Source: Octopus sinensis
Lineage: Eukaryota
Direction: 5' to 3'
Length of the DNA: 64,000 bases
Assembly (NCBI RefSeq): GCF_006345805.1
Contig: NC_042998.1
Span: 142,476,001-142,540,000 of the forward strand
Part shown: positions 36,795-48,711 of the stretch, one piece after another
Layout of the letters: each line of letters opens with the position of its first letter
Numbering within the stretch: the stretch's first letter is position 1
Notes under the pieces: model-generated
Database searches by the model: none
What the model was told of the DNA's origin: nothing
What the model saw: only the letters and a program-made list of their open reading frames with translations
Translations under genes and position numbers: made by a program

Positions 36795-37003
36795 TTACTT
36801 TTTCTTTGCTGCGGCCTAAGGTGTTTTGGCGGCTTCCTTTGGGGCTATAAGTTTCGTGGCTGCTTTCTTGGTACCACTTTTCTTAGCTTCCTTCAGTTTT
36901 TGGTTTAACGTGTACCTTCTTAGTTGTTTTTTTTTTTTTTTCCTTTTCTACCAGCAGTGACCTTAAAAGGACCAACAGAAGCGGGTGCAGTGGCGTCAGA
37001 CAT
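36795..37003 (-). pseudogene. Histone H1 paralog with the globular domain deleted and a frameshifted tail
   Basis: Starts MSDATAPAS then jumps to a GSFK-like segment (VGPFKV). Tail remnants AKKSGTKKA...AAKKK*. The sequence around the stop (AAGTAAACGAACTTTACA) is identical to the intact H1. Frameshifts and a premature stop are present. Confidence 0.9.
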
Positions 37004-37073
37004 GATTGTTCAATCAATGTACCAGGTGCATTCAAGAGTTTTGAGACCTTTGCAGAAGAGATGGTTATTAGTT

Positions 37074-37299
37074 GAAGACGGCGAGCTGGCAGAAACGTTA
37101 GCACGCCGGGCGAAATGCTGAGCTGTATTTCGTCCGTCTTAACGTTCTGAGTTCAAATTCCGCCGAGGTCGACTTAGCCTTTCATCCCTTTCATGGTCGA
37201 TTAAATAAGTACCAGTTACGCACTGGGGTCGTTGTAATTGACTTAATCCCTTTGTCTGTCCCCTCTATGTTTAGCCCCTTGTGGGCAATAAAGAAATAA
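37074..37299 (+). mobile_element. SINE inserted between the transposase stop and the mariner TIR
   Basis: 19-bp TSD GAAGAGAT(G/A)GTTATTAGTT at 37055..37073 and 37300..37318. Confidence 0.9.
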
Positions 37300-37334
37300 G
37301 AAGAGATAGTTATTAGTTTCAAAGAGGTACAAAA

Positions 37335-38399
37335 CTATTCTCCTTCAAAGTAGGATCCTTTCACTTCAATGCACTTGTTGTAGCGCTCTAGCCACTTGGT
37401 GAAAGCTCCGTGAAAGTCCTCCAAAGTGAAAGTGTCCAGGACCTTTGTCACAGCCTCCTTTATCTTCTCAATGTCATCAAAACGTCTACCTTTGAGTTTC
37501 TCTTTCAGCCTGGAGAAAAACCAAAAGTCACAGGGAGAAAGATCTGGACTGCAAGGCGGTTGAGGGACAGTTTTAATGCCCATCTCTGTCAAGTAGTTGG
37601 TTACCAGGATGGAATTGTGGACTGGTGTATTGTCCTGGTGTAGATGCCACCGACCCGATTGGTAGAGCTCTGGCCTTTTGTAGGGAAATTTTTCCCCGAA
37701 CTCCCTCAAAACCTCCACAAAATACTCTTTGGTGACGCTCTGGCCAGAGGGAACCCAGTGGGTGTAGATTATGCCTTTGCTGTCGAAAAAGGGGATCATC
37801 ATGAGCTTCCTGGTGTACTTGCTTTGCTTGGCCTTCTTCGGTGTGGGGGAGCCAAGATTACTTTGGGCACTCTGTCCCTCGGTCTCTGGATCATAACAGT
37901 AGATCCAGCTTTCGTCACATGTCACCAGAGACTCAAGTACTCTTGGATTGGAGGTAATGAGTTCAACCATCTCCTTGCTGTCACCAACGCGTCTTTCTTT
38001 TTGTTCATCACTGAGCACACTAGGAACAAACTTAGCACAAATTTTGCGCATTTTCAAATCTTCATGAATAATTCTGTGTACAGTTGCCACACCAACTCCA
38101 AATTGTATGCTTATTGTCTTAATAGACACACGACTATCTTCATCCAGAAAATTGCGAATTTTCTCCACTAGTTCTGATGTTCTGACGTCTTTCTCCCTTC
38201 CACACCTCTCATCGTCTCTTACCTCCGCTCTACCGTCCTTAAACCTCTTGTGCCAGCGAAAAACAGATGATCGACACATACAAGTTAATCCATAAGCAGC
38301 CTGGAGCATTTCATAAGTTTCTCTAGCGTTTTTGCCCAGTTTAACACAAAACTTTATTGCATAGCGAACTTCCAAATTGTCTTCGCGTCCTGACTGCAT
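37335..38399 (-). CDS. mariner DD34D transposase, open ORF of 354 aa
   Basis: HTH N-terminus (RYAIKFCVKLGK...FRWHKRFKDGR), FVPSVL, TCDESW, HQDN and SPDLSPCDF, with exactly 34 residues between the second and third catalytic Asp, ending YFEGE*. Confidence 0.92.
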   Translation of the reverse strand: MQSGREDNLEVRYAIKFCVKLGKNARETYEMLQAAYGLTCMCRSSVFRWHKRFKDGRAEVRDDERCGREKDVRTSELVEKIRNFLDEDSRVSIKTISIQFGVGVATVHRIIHEDLKMRKICAKFVPSVLSDEQKERRVGDSKEMVELITSNPRVLESLVTCDESWIYCYDPETEGQSAQSNLGSPTPKKAKQSKYTRKLMMIPFFDSKGIIYTHWVPSGQSVTKEYFVEVLREFGEKFPYKRPELYQSGRWHLHQDNTPVHNSILVTNYLTEMGIKTVPQPPCSPDLSPCDFWFFSRLKEKLKGRRFDDIEKIKEAVTKVLDTFTLEDFHGAFTKWLERYNKCIEVKGSYFEGE

Positions 38400-38721
38400 T
38401 CTACAAACTTGTCAGCTGCAACAAGCTGTGTTTAGTGGGGTGTTTTCAAAGGGATGTTACAGCCGTTTTGCACAGTCTGGAATTATAAAAAAAACATTCG
38501 CAAGTCAACTTAAATGTATTACTAAAATTACAATAATTTATGATAGCTACAACTACCTCTCCTAAAAGTTTCAAAACTTCCGGAATGCACCTCGTAAATA
38601 TGAAAAAAAAAAAATGAAAATCCTTCAGTATGAACGAAGATTCTGGTTACGAAGCTCGACGGAATGTTCGCAAAAACGAACAAGTGACTAACTCAAGTTG
38701 CACTTCCTAACGTTACAAGCT

Positions 38722-38814
38722 TATTTATAGATTGCGCACGGACGTAGTAGAAATCACATCAACAGTGCGACAAGCAACTACAAATATGGCAGCCGAAATA
38801 TAACAACTGTGTTT
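38722..38814 (-). promoter_or_regulatory. Paralogous H1 promoter: TATAAATA (38722..38729) and H1 box AAACACA (38808..38814), now upstream of the transposase
   Basis: Direct alignment to 11266..11358. Confidence 0.8.
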
Positions 38815-40157
38815 TTTGTTTCAATATTTGTAGTGTAAACTACTGTAACTTCATTACAAAACCTAACCAGTTCACCGAAAAACCCAAAGAAAAGATGTGG
38901 CTACATTTTATCGCAGAAATTCTGTTTTAGAGATAGTTCTGGCACATAATATCACCACAAACATCTTGTGTTGTCTACACTGAAACATCAATATAGGCTA
39001 CGATCAAGACTACATTTTAAGTCTTTCATTTGCCCGTTCAAGATATTTTTTATCAAAAATTTAAAGGATAATAATATATAATATAGTGTTTTGTAAATTC
39101 ATTCTCCTAGATGACAATGCAAATCAGATGCAGGGGGTCCGATTGCACCAACAAACACAATTTTTAGATACCAATCCGCCATTTTCTCTTCTAACAATTT
39201 TCAGTTGATAATATTCTTAATATTTTGCTAAAAACATCATTTTTGGACTGTAAATGATAACATGTATGATGATGTTTCCTTTGTAAATAAGTGAATAAAG
39301 TTGTTGTTTTTTGTTTTTTTTGTATCTTTAGTGAGTTTTAATGACCGGAAATCTGATTTATACTTCGGATACACTATTAACACAGGACATAGACGTTACT
39401 ATTTAGGTTGAAATATGTCACATTTTCTTCAGTTGCAATATAATTTCATAACATATTTCCAATAGATTTACAGTCAAAGCAATATATTCATATATATTGT
39501 ATTTTTCCAACTGAAGAGCGACGAAACCACTGAATCATTATTTTTCGATTTATTTCCCTATTATCAGCAAATTATTTTCCACTGTATTAATCCTTTCTAG
39601 TATAGGCACAAGGCCTGAAGTTTTGCGTGAGTAGACTAGTTGATTACATCCACCTCTTGTACTTCACCAATAATTTATTTCATCACCCCCAAAATGATGA
39701 AGGGCAAAGTCGATGTCGGTGACATTTGAACTGAGAATGTAAAATCGAACGAAATACCGCTTGGCATTTTGTACGGCGCAGTAAAGTTTCTGTCAGCTAG
39801 CTGCCTTATTTCTCACTATAATGATAGATTGTAATAGCACTCAAGTCAGCATTTTAATTATTATTTTTCAAAACTAATTAATTAACAAAAAAAATCTGAG
39901 GTCCCAAACGTTGTTTACATCATCTTTACAAAGATATCTACGACTTCATATTTCGGTTGCATTTCTCTCTTGTCGGGATCCAGTGATATTTCCTTATAAC
40001 TGAACATAATACCTTCAATTCATATTGGAGCCAAAAAAGGGAATTTTGTTGCAATTGTAAATAAAATTTATATGAATCTTAGTTACCGATAGAGATGTAA
40101 ACACACACAGGCTTCATTTAAATGATTGTGAATATGTATGGGTTTTAGATACATGTA

Positions 40158-40232
<75 letters not shown>

Positions 40233-43119
40233 ATCAACAGGTGAGATCCAGAGATGCTCAATATAGGAAACATGTATTAGTGCTCAAATGATTTGAACTG
40301 ACACTCCAAAATCTTAATCTGGGTTTGTGGGATAAAGTGGCTATAAGAAGAATACGGGTGAGCTAATATGGAGATAGTGGTGCAAATAAACATGCTTAGG
40401 CTTGATATAACCCAGGCACAAGCTCACAATCATGAGATAATGAGTTTGATTCCCAGACTAGGCTGAGTGTTGTGTTCTTGAACAAGACACTTTATTTCAC
40501 ATTGCTCCAGTTTGCTCAGCTGTAGAAATGAGTTGCCACATCACTGGTGCCAAGCTGTATCAGCCTTTGCTTTTCCTTTGGATAACCATCGGTGGCATGG
40601 AGAGTTGAGGCTGGTATGCATAGACGACTGTTGGTCTTCCATAAACAACCTTGCCTGTACTCCGCCTTGCAGTCAAGAGGTTCTTGTCTTGTAAGGTACT
40701 TCATAATCTTGTTGGTGCCTCAGAAAAAGCACTGGTACTGGTCCACATGAAAAGCACTGGTGTTGGTGCCATGTAAAAAGTACTGATTATGGTGCCACAT
40801 AAAATGCACTAGTGCTGCTGCCACATAGAAAGCACCCAGTACACTCTGTAAAGTGGATGGTATTAGGAAAGGCATTCAGATGTAGAGACCATGCCAAAAC
40901 AGACTATGGGGCTTGGTGCAACTATTAGCCTTACAAGCTCCTGTCAAACCATCCAACCCATGACAGCATGGAAAATGAAGGTTAAATGATGATGTTCAAA
41001 TAATGCTGGTATCAAGCTCACAAATCCCTTCTACAAAAATAAAACTCATATCACATAACATTGGGTCACAACATTTTTACCTCAATGGTTCCTGCCTTAT
41101 TCAACATTATTCTGAAAGAAATCAAAGAGAAAAACTCTATAACATTCACATACAATATGGACAGATTCCTCCAGGATACATCTCAGCATTCTTCACTTCT
41201 CTGTTTTACCAAGTCTCACTTCAATATTTCTGCTCTCCCTGATTTCCATACACAAAATACTATGAGAATTGAAGTATCTCCGGAGGTCAATGCCCATAAA
41301 TTAAATAATAAATAAATGGTACGACAACCTTGACTATTGAGATGTGTAGGCTATGGTAGCAGTAGAGGAAGGGAGGAGAGTATTATGAAGCTGTAGATAG
41401 AGCAGAAAATAGGACATGAAGTGCAGAGAGGGGGGGAAGTACATTGACGGAGATGGATGTCAGAGGTGCATAGGACTGGCTGCAGTGAGTGGGAGACTAA
41501 GATGAAAAGGAAGCTGTTGATGACAGATGTGAGACTGTTGAGAGTGAAAGCAGATTAGAGAGTTAAAGAAGAGATAAGACAGTCCTAAGATGTAGTTTGG
41601 AGGAGAGGGAGAGATAAATGGAGGTACAAAAAGAGTGATTGGTGGAAAAATAGCTAGAAGAGATGATACTGAAAATGAGGAATTAATTTTTAAGTATGTT
41701 ATTCCAAGGAGAAAGAAATACTGCTTAGCCTCAAATTGAGCAAATCTATGATCAAAAGTATCTCAGCCATGACCATCCCATATGTTTCTTATGTACAAGA
41801 AACAGAAAAAATATTAATCCAATGTATCCTGCCTTTTTTTTAGAAAAGTAAGGTATGATATGAGAGTAATGTGGCAGCTAAGGCTAGGAGATCAAGCAAC
41901 CATGTTAAAGCTCCCTCATGTACATATGCATTTGCCAAAGTCATCAAATAATAAGTATTTAAATTTTGGTAGAGGGATACAGTGTTCTGATACTTTACCA
42001 AACTGACTATATTGTAATAGTCTTTCATAGTTACCTCTGTCTTTGATTCTTCATGTCTCAAATACCTGCATCATTCTGGGTTGTTTCATTCAATTGTATT
42101 TCTCCTCAACAAATATTTGGCTTTGTGCAGTTCTTAATAAATCAGCAGTTAAGTATAGGTTAATATAATTAATGTAGCAAACCCCTGCAAAATATTTAAT
42201 CAGTTGAAATATCATCCATAATGAAATGAAAAATCATAAGTGTTAATGACAATTTTTATCATAAATGCTAAAGAAAATAAGTCTGAAATGAAAATTGATT
42301 TAAAATTATATGTTGAAATACGGTGGGGCATGAATTTGATGTTTGGTAAGTATGTATGGTGATAACTCTAGATGTTAGAATGACAGAGAATATAGATTAA
42401 CCATGGGAAAACTGCAGCACATAGAGCTTTCTCAATGGCATACCGAATGAAAAATTACCGTGAATTTTTTTTTTAATAGTGCAATTTGCCTGAGAATGAG
42501 CCATAATTCATGCAACCTGCTTTTCATAAAAAGTAAAAAGGTTGGTCATGCCTGATATAGATGTTGAGAAAAATAATATATGCACTGGTAAGGAAATTTA
42601 AAATAATGATATAGGAAAGTATTTTGTACTTTGTTCTTCACAGTGGCACAGTTTCATCTTAATTCTTAACTATAATGTATGTGAAATATGTAAAATACTT
42701 TTTGTGAAATATTTCTTACATCTTTATGAACCCAGGCATTACTCTGTGGTTAAGAAGCTCACTTTGCAACCTTGTAGCTTAATGCTCAGTCCCACTGCAA
42801 GACACCCAGGGCAAGTGACTTCTATTATAGCCCTGGGTTTACCAATGCCTTGTGAGTGCATTGATTAACAGAAAGTGAAAGAAGCCAGTCATATATGTAT
42901 GAGTGTTTGTGTTTGTTTCCCCATCAAAACTTGAAACCATTTTTGGTTTGTTTACATCCCCTGTAAATTGGCAGTTTGGCAAAAGTGACTGATAGACTGA
43001 ATACTAGGCTCAAAAATTAAGTATGTGGATCAATTTGTTCAACTAAACTCTTTAAGATGTTGCCCCAGCATAGCCCCAGTTCAATGACTGAAATAAGTAG
43101 AAGAAAAGATATAACATTA

Positions 43120-44319
43120 TTAGGTCATCAAGTATGAAATTTGTAGTAAGGCATATGGTAAACTTTGATAGCTGCTCATTTTGCACCATTATTATGTTTC
43201 GGCAATCTTTATTTTTTGTTAGAAAGCTGACACATCTATAGTTTTATTCTAACTCATTTTGCACTTTATAAAGTATTTATAAATCGTTTTTTGCTATTTT
43301 TGTTTAGAGATGGATAAGTTGGAAATTCATAGTAAAGTTTTGAAATATGAGTTCTTTCTTGGAAATTTAGCATCACAGCTCGGAATATAAATGGAGTATT
43401 TCATTCTAATGTTATTACACAACAGACAGCATCAAATTGGTTTGCAAAATTTTGTTCTGGTAACTTTGACCTCATAAATGAGCAATGCAGTCAACCAGAA
43501 ACAAAGGTGGATAATGACAAACTGAAAGCCACCATCAAGTCAGATCCATCTCAAAGCACTCATGAATTATCGTTGTTGTTTGGTGTTAGCAAGCAAACAA
43601 TATTGACTCACCTAGTTCAAATAAGTAAAGTGAAAAAGTTAGATAAATAGGTTCCACATGAATTCAATGAAAATCAGAAGCAGCAATATTTGGAAGTCTG
43701 CTTACACTACTTTCTCGTCACAAAAATTAATCATTTTTTAATCGAATTGTAATATGTGATGGGAAATGGATCCAATACAGCAACTGTAAATGTTCAGCAC
43801 AATGACTGAACAATGACAAGCCAACAAAACATAGTCCAAAAAGCAAAATTCATCAAAAGAAGCTGATGGTGTGTGTTTGGTGGTCTGGTGCAGGTGTGAC
43901 CCATTATGATTTCATTAAACCTGACTCATCAATCGCAGCTAAAGTATACAGCAGCCAACTGGACCAAATGAGGCTGAAACTTACAAAAAAACAGCCTAGA
44001 TTAGTCAACAGATCCACTCCTATTTTATTGCAAGACAACGTCAGACCACATATCGCAAAAATGACATTGGCGAAACTACAGAAGATGGAGTTGGAAGTTC
44101 TCCATCATCGACTATACTCACCTGCTCTTTCCCCCACTGACTACCACTTCTTCCAGAATTTGGATAACTTTTTGATAGGAAAAACTTTAATTCCGATGAT
44201 GCTGCAAAGCAGGCATTCCAAGATTTTATTGACTCTAGATTGCCAGTTCCGGGCTGGACAAGCTACTTCTGAAATGACTAAAACGTATTGACAATATGGG
44301 TGCATACTTGATGACTTAA
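43120..44319 (+). mobile_element. Full-length but decayed mariner (Mos1/cecropia-like)
   Basis: TIRs TTAGGTCATCAAGTATG / CATACTTGATGACTTAA with TA TSDs. Motifs VCVWW, LLQDNVRPH, YSPALSPTDYHFF. Stops and frameshifts. Confidence 0.9.
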
Positions 44320-45719
44320 TAAAACAAACACCTATGGAAGAAATCTAAACCATAAGAAACATTCCAATCAGAAGAGTTTTCTTTTCAAAAAGTTCCTATT
44401 GTATTGTTTTAATAGAAGAACAGATTTTATTTTTTAAGCATTTATCATTTTATTTGTTTTGTTTTCATGTATCGTTAATGCTGCTGTTATTTTATATTTA
44501 TACCAAAATACACAACTACTTTTTTATGAATTTTGAAATTAATAAAAAATTTATAGCAATAACTTTGTCATTTTATTAAATTAGTATTTATAACATAAAT
44601 ATTAAATTTTATGGGAAAGTTTTAATTTATCTTTTTTCTTTTACTTGTTTCAGTCATTTGACTGTGACCATGCTGGGACACTGCCTTGAAGGATTTAAGT
44701 CAAACGAATCAACAATTGGATTTATTAGTTTTTGAAGCCTAATACTTATTCTATTAGGCAGTTCTGCTGAACTGCTATGTTACAGGGATGTAAACACACT
44801 GCCACCAGATGTGAAGCAGTGAGGGGAGGGAGAAACACAAAGTAGGTGCAGGTGTGCTGTGTGGTAAGAAACTTGCTTCTTAACCACCACATGATTCCAG
44901 GTTCAGTTCCACTGCATGACACTTTGGGCGAATGTCTTCTACTATAGCCTCAGGCCAACCAAAGCCTTATAAGTGGATTTTGATGGGTGGAAACTGAAAG
45001 CCAATTATATATATGTGTGTGTATATATACACACACACAAATATATATATGTATATATCTATGTGTGTGATTTACTTTATTTTAAAACAGGATGGTTGTT
45101 TTATAGAACTGGAGGTACTCTCAGTCAAGTGAGTATCAAAAGGGTTAATATCAAATTGTTCTGAACTGTTTTTCGGTTTCAAATTATACATTTTCCAAAC
45201 TATTATTTCCACATCCCCATAAAATCTTACTTAACAAAGATTCACTCTAAATTTATACTTTAGCAATCATGAAGCACTTCATGGTTTTTGAAACTTTGTA
45301 CCTATGATGTCCATATATGCATCAAGACTCTTAATACTTCAATGCCTTTTGAGATAATAGATTGATGGATTAACCCTTCAGGATTATTGTTGTTTGTTGT
45401 AAGTGATCTACAACTGATCAGATTTTCCTTTACCACAAACTAGCACATCTCTGAATCTATTCATATATGATGCCAATAACATACATATATTGTATTGTTC
45501 CAGGAGTCTTTTATTATATTCTTGTATCATTTCTATTCATTTTATATTTTTTTATCAAAAAATATAATGTAATGTTATATAGTCACAGGCATGGTTATGC
45601 GGTTAAGAAGCTTGCTTTGCAACCATGTGGTTTCGAGGTTAGTTCCACTGCATGGCACCTTGCACAGCAATACACGTGTCCCAGCATTCCTGCCACTTTT
45701 GGAATCCAGCCTGGAAGTT

Positions 45720-46260
45720 ATTTTCTATAAGCGAGTCGAGGACCTTCTGCAATTCACTCAGGATCTTGACAATGAAATGTTAAAATAGTGACCTCTGAGC
45801 TGCATTTTCATCTTGGGAAAGAGATGAAAGTCTGCAGCAGGCACTAAGTCTTGTGAATAGGGCAGGTGCAGAAGCAATGCCATGTTACTTTTGGCCAGAA
45901 ACTCATGAGTGAGAGAGCTCAGTGATAGGGTGCATTGTCATTGTGAAGAATCCAATTCTTTACACTCCAAAGATCTGATCACTATCGTCAAATGTCCTCC
46001 TTAAATGCTTGAAAATGTTGTTGATTATCCTCCAACGATCCTCATGCTCAAGCTGATGAATTTTCTCCATATTTCTAGGGGAGATGCATATGGCAGGTCT
46101 TCCAGATTGCTCATTATCTTCCAGGTACATTCTTCCACTTTCTAAGCGACCATGCCACTTGAAACATTGTGTACTACCCATTGCCTCATCACCATAAACT
46201 TGCTGAAGCATGTTCAATGTCTCTGTAGTAGACTCCCCAAGTTAATAATGATTTGGCTGT
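45720..46260 (-). mobile_element. Internally deleted mariner relic
   Basis: LQQVYGDEAMGSTQCFKWHGR...SGRP and DLVPADFHLFPKMKMQLRG. Confidence 0.75.
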
Positions 46261-47600
46261 TATTTCTTGCAGAATGAGTGACCACTAAGGGACAGTTCCG
46301 ACCTGGAGTAAACTCCTCATACATACACGCACACATGATGCATACATCCACTCAAACACACAAACACGTACTTATTAAATAAGCCTTTAGTTCGTTGTTT
46401 AGCCCCAGGTCAGTTCTGACCGAGCAGATGTATGACCAAAGACAATTTACCCATAACCATCCCGTTTTTTTCTATTTTTTCAGGCATTACAGCATTGACT
46501 GCATAATCTAATGTGTAACATTATTTGGGACTTGGGAAGACGAGATAGCTACTTTTGGAACGCTCTTATACGACGGGACGGTCACAATTGGAATGCTTTT
46601 ACTGCTTATCTTTGCGCGTCATCGTACATTTTTGCGTGTGTGTAGGCACGCGAAAAAACGCATGCGCAATAAATGTTCGATTTTGGCGCTGGAAATTATT
46701 TTCGAAATGTCCAGAGTTTCGTCTTCATATCATACGAAACACATACTTAATCAATCTACATATTGTTCATTTAAATTTAAAAATAATTACGACTTGCTGA
46801 TCAATATTTTTCTTATCTTGTTTTAACTTTTCTTTAAAATATTGTTCTAATCTGAAAAATTACTCTTCTTTTACTCCATATTCTTATATCAAATTACACT
46901 GACTCACAAAATATTGCCCTATGCAATAAATTTACTCCTCCAGTTATTTAAACATGTTTATAATATGGAAATTAAAAAAAAATTGAGAGTTATCTCCTCT
47001 TAATAATTATTATGTTTCTCTGTATTAATTACATTAACACATGCTTGTTTAAGACTCAAACAATGGGGAAATCTACGCGGGAAAATACGGAAATTAAGAT
47101 TATGGAAAAAATAAACACAATTCCTTAACTATTCATTAGCAATGTAAGGAACGTGGAGTCAACTAAGAGCACCCGAATTCTTGACTTACTACTGACCTCA
47201 TTTATTAACCACTAACTCGATCAATAATGGAAAATAGTTTCATCTAACCTATTTTTACTACTTTGCTATACCGATTATAGTTTTACCTTACAGACGCACA
47301 TATACATGTATGTGTGTGTTTGTATGTAGGTATGTATATCAGTTCATTTTGAATATACCACAAATTTATTCTCTAGAACGATGTAAATGTTTTATTTTGT
47401 CTTCACAGTGTTTACAGTTTTACAAAATTAAATTAGAAAACTGGACCAAAACAGAAAACACAATTTTAAAAAATTAAAAAGGAAGAAAAGAGAAAGAAAA
47501 AAATCAAAACAATTCACCACCTTGGGTTCTTAACCAAAGTCTATATGGCCCCTGGGGGTCCATGCTGGCAAAATAGTAAAGGGATCCACAGTAGTATTTT

Positions 47601-47802
47601 GGTCAATATAAAGATCTTCACCCAGGAACAAAAAAAAATAAATAATAATAAACCAGCCTGGTAGGTATTAACAAGTATGTAGAAAACGAATATGAGAAAA
47701 AAATGCGCGCTGACGACCCTGGGGGTGGTGCGGAGGGGACTTTCGGAAAATTCACAAGATCCGATTTTTCCGTCATAACTTCCGGTAAAATGGATATTTA
47801 TT

Positions 47803-47834
<32 letters not shown>

Positions 47835-48711
47835 TTTACGAAATCCCACGTATGGAGGATCCGATTCTGAAAAGCAAATTTTCAAAAATCGCATTTTCAG
47901 AATTTCAGTTACCACCACCTCTTTACATTTTTCACTTTTTCCGGAAATTTTTTTTTTTTTTTTCTGCGAAGATTACGATTCGGAAAAAAACTTTGGGCAT
48001 AATTTCGATATTACAAAATTTATTTTAAAATTTCAATTTCTCAACAGAAAACAAAGCCTTCATACAGGCTATCCACATGCTAGAAATAACGGCCAAATCT
48101 CACAAAACTGCGATAATATAATGTAATCAATCTACTCACCTTTCTGCGAAGATTTCTTTCAGAGTAATTTCCCGTAGTAATATGACAAAGTAATTCACAT
48201 GAAATTAAAGTAGGGTGGTGGTGAGGGTTGTTTGTTTTTTTAACTTTTTAAAAACTTTTTCGAATTTTGTTCTATCAATCTACGTGGGAAAATACGGAAA
48301 TTAAGATTATGGAAAAAATAAACACAAATTTAAATTTGATTTTTTTCAGAATCGAATCGTAATCTTCCTATTTCGCAAAAAAAAATCCACAAAAAGTGAA
48401 AAATGAAGTGGGTGGAATTGAAATTTTGAAAAAGCGATTTTTGAAAAAATTTTTTTTTTTCAGAATCGGATCCTCCATAACCAAAACATGGGATTCCGTA
48501 AAAAAAATCGATATATATCCATTTTACCAGCAGTTATGACGGGAAAATCGGATCTTATGAATTTTCCGAAAGTCCCCTCCCCACCCACCAGCGTCGTCAA
48601 CGCGCACTTTTTTTTTTCATATTCGTTTTCTACTTACTTGTTAACATCCACCAGGCTGGTTTATTAATTTTTTTTTTTTTTTGTTCCCGAGTCAAGATCT
48701 TTATATTGACC
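47601..48711. mobile_element. Fold-back-type element, 1111 bp, with TIRs of about 370-390 bp
   Basis: GGTCAATATAAAGATCTT / AAGATCTTTATATTGACC. 8-bp TSD AGTATTTT, present as a single copy at the paralogous empty site near 23295..23305. Confidence 0.9.

Larger units (their letters stand above)
37022..38594 (-). mobile_element. Full-length mariner element (irritans-like) inserted in the 5' UTR of the H1 paralog
   Basis: TA TSDs at 37020..37021 and 38595..38596. Imperfect TIRs CCAGGTGCATTCAAGAGTTTTGAGACC vs (reverse complement) CGAGGTGCATTCCGGAAGTTTTGAAAC. Confidence 0.9.

Noticed and set aside
37410-38295. + strand ORFs including the 175-aa ORF 37644..38171
   Set aside because: Antisense to the mariner transposase, with no recognisable motifs.
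41330-41690. Long purine-rich (GA) stretch, possible triplex DNA
   Set aside because: Consistent with decayed GA-type simple repeat; no mirror symmetry evident.
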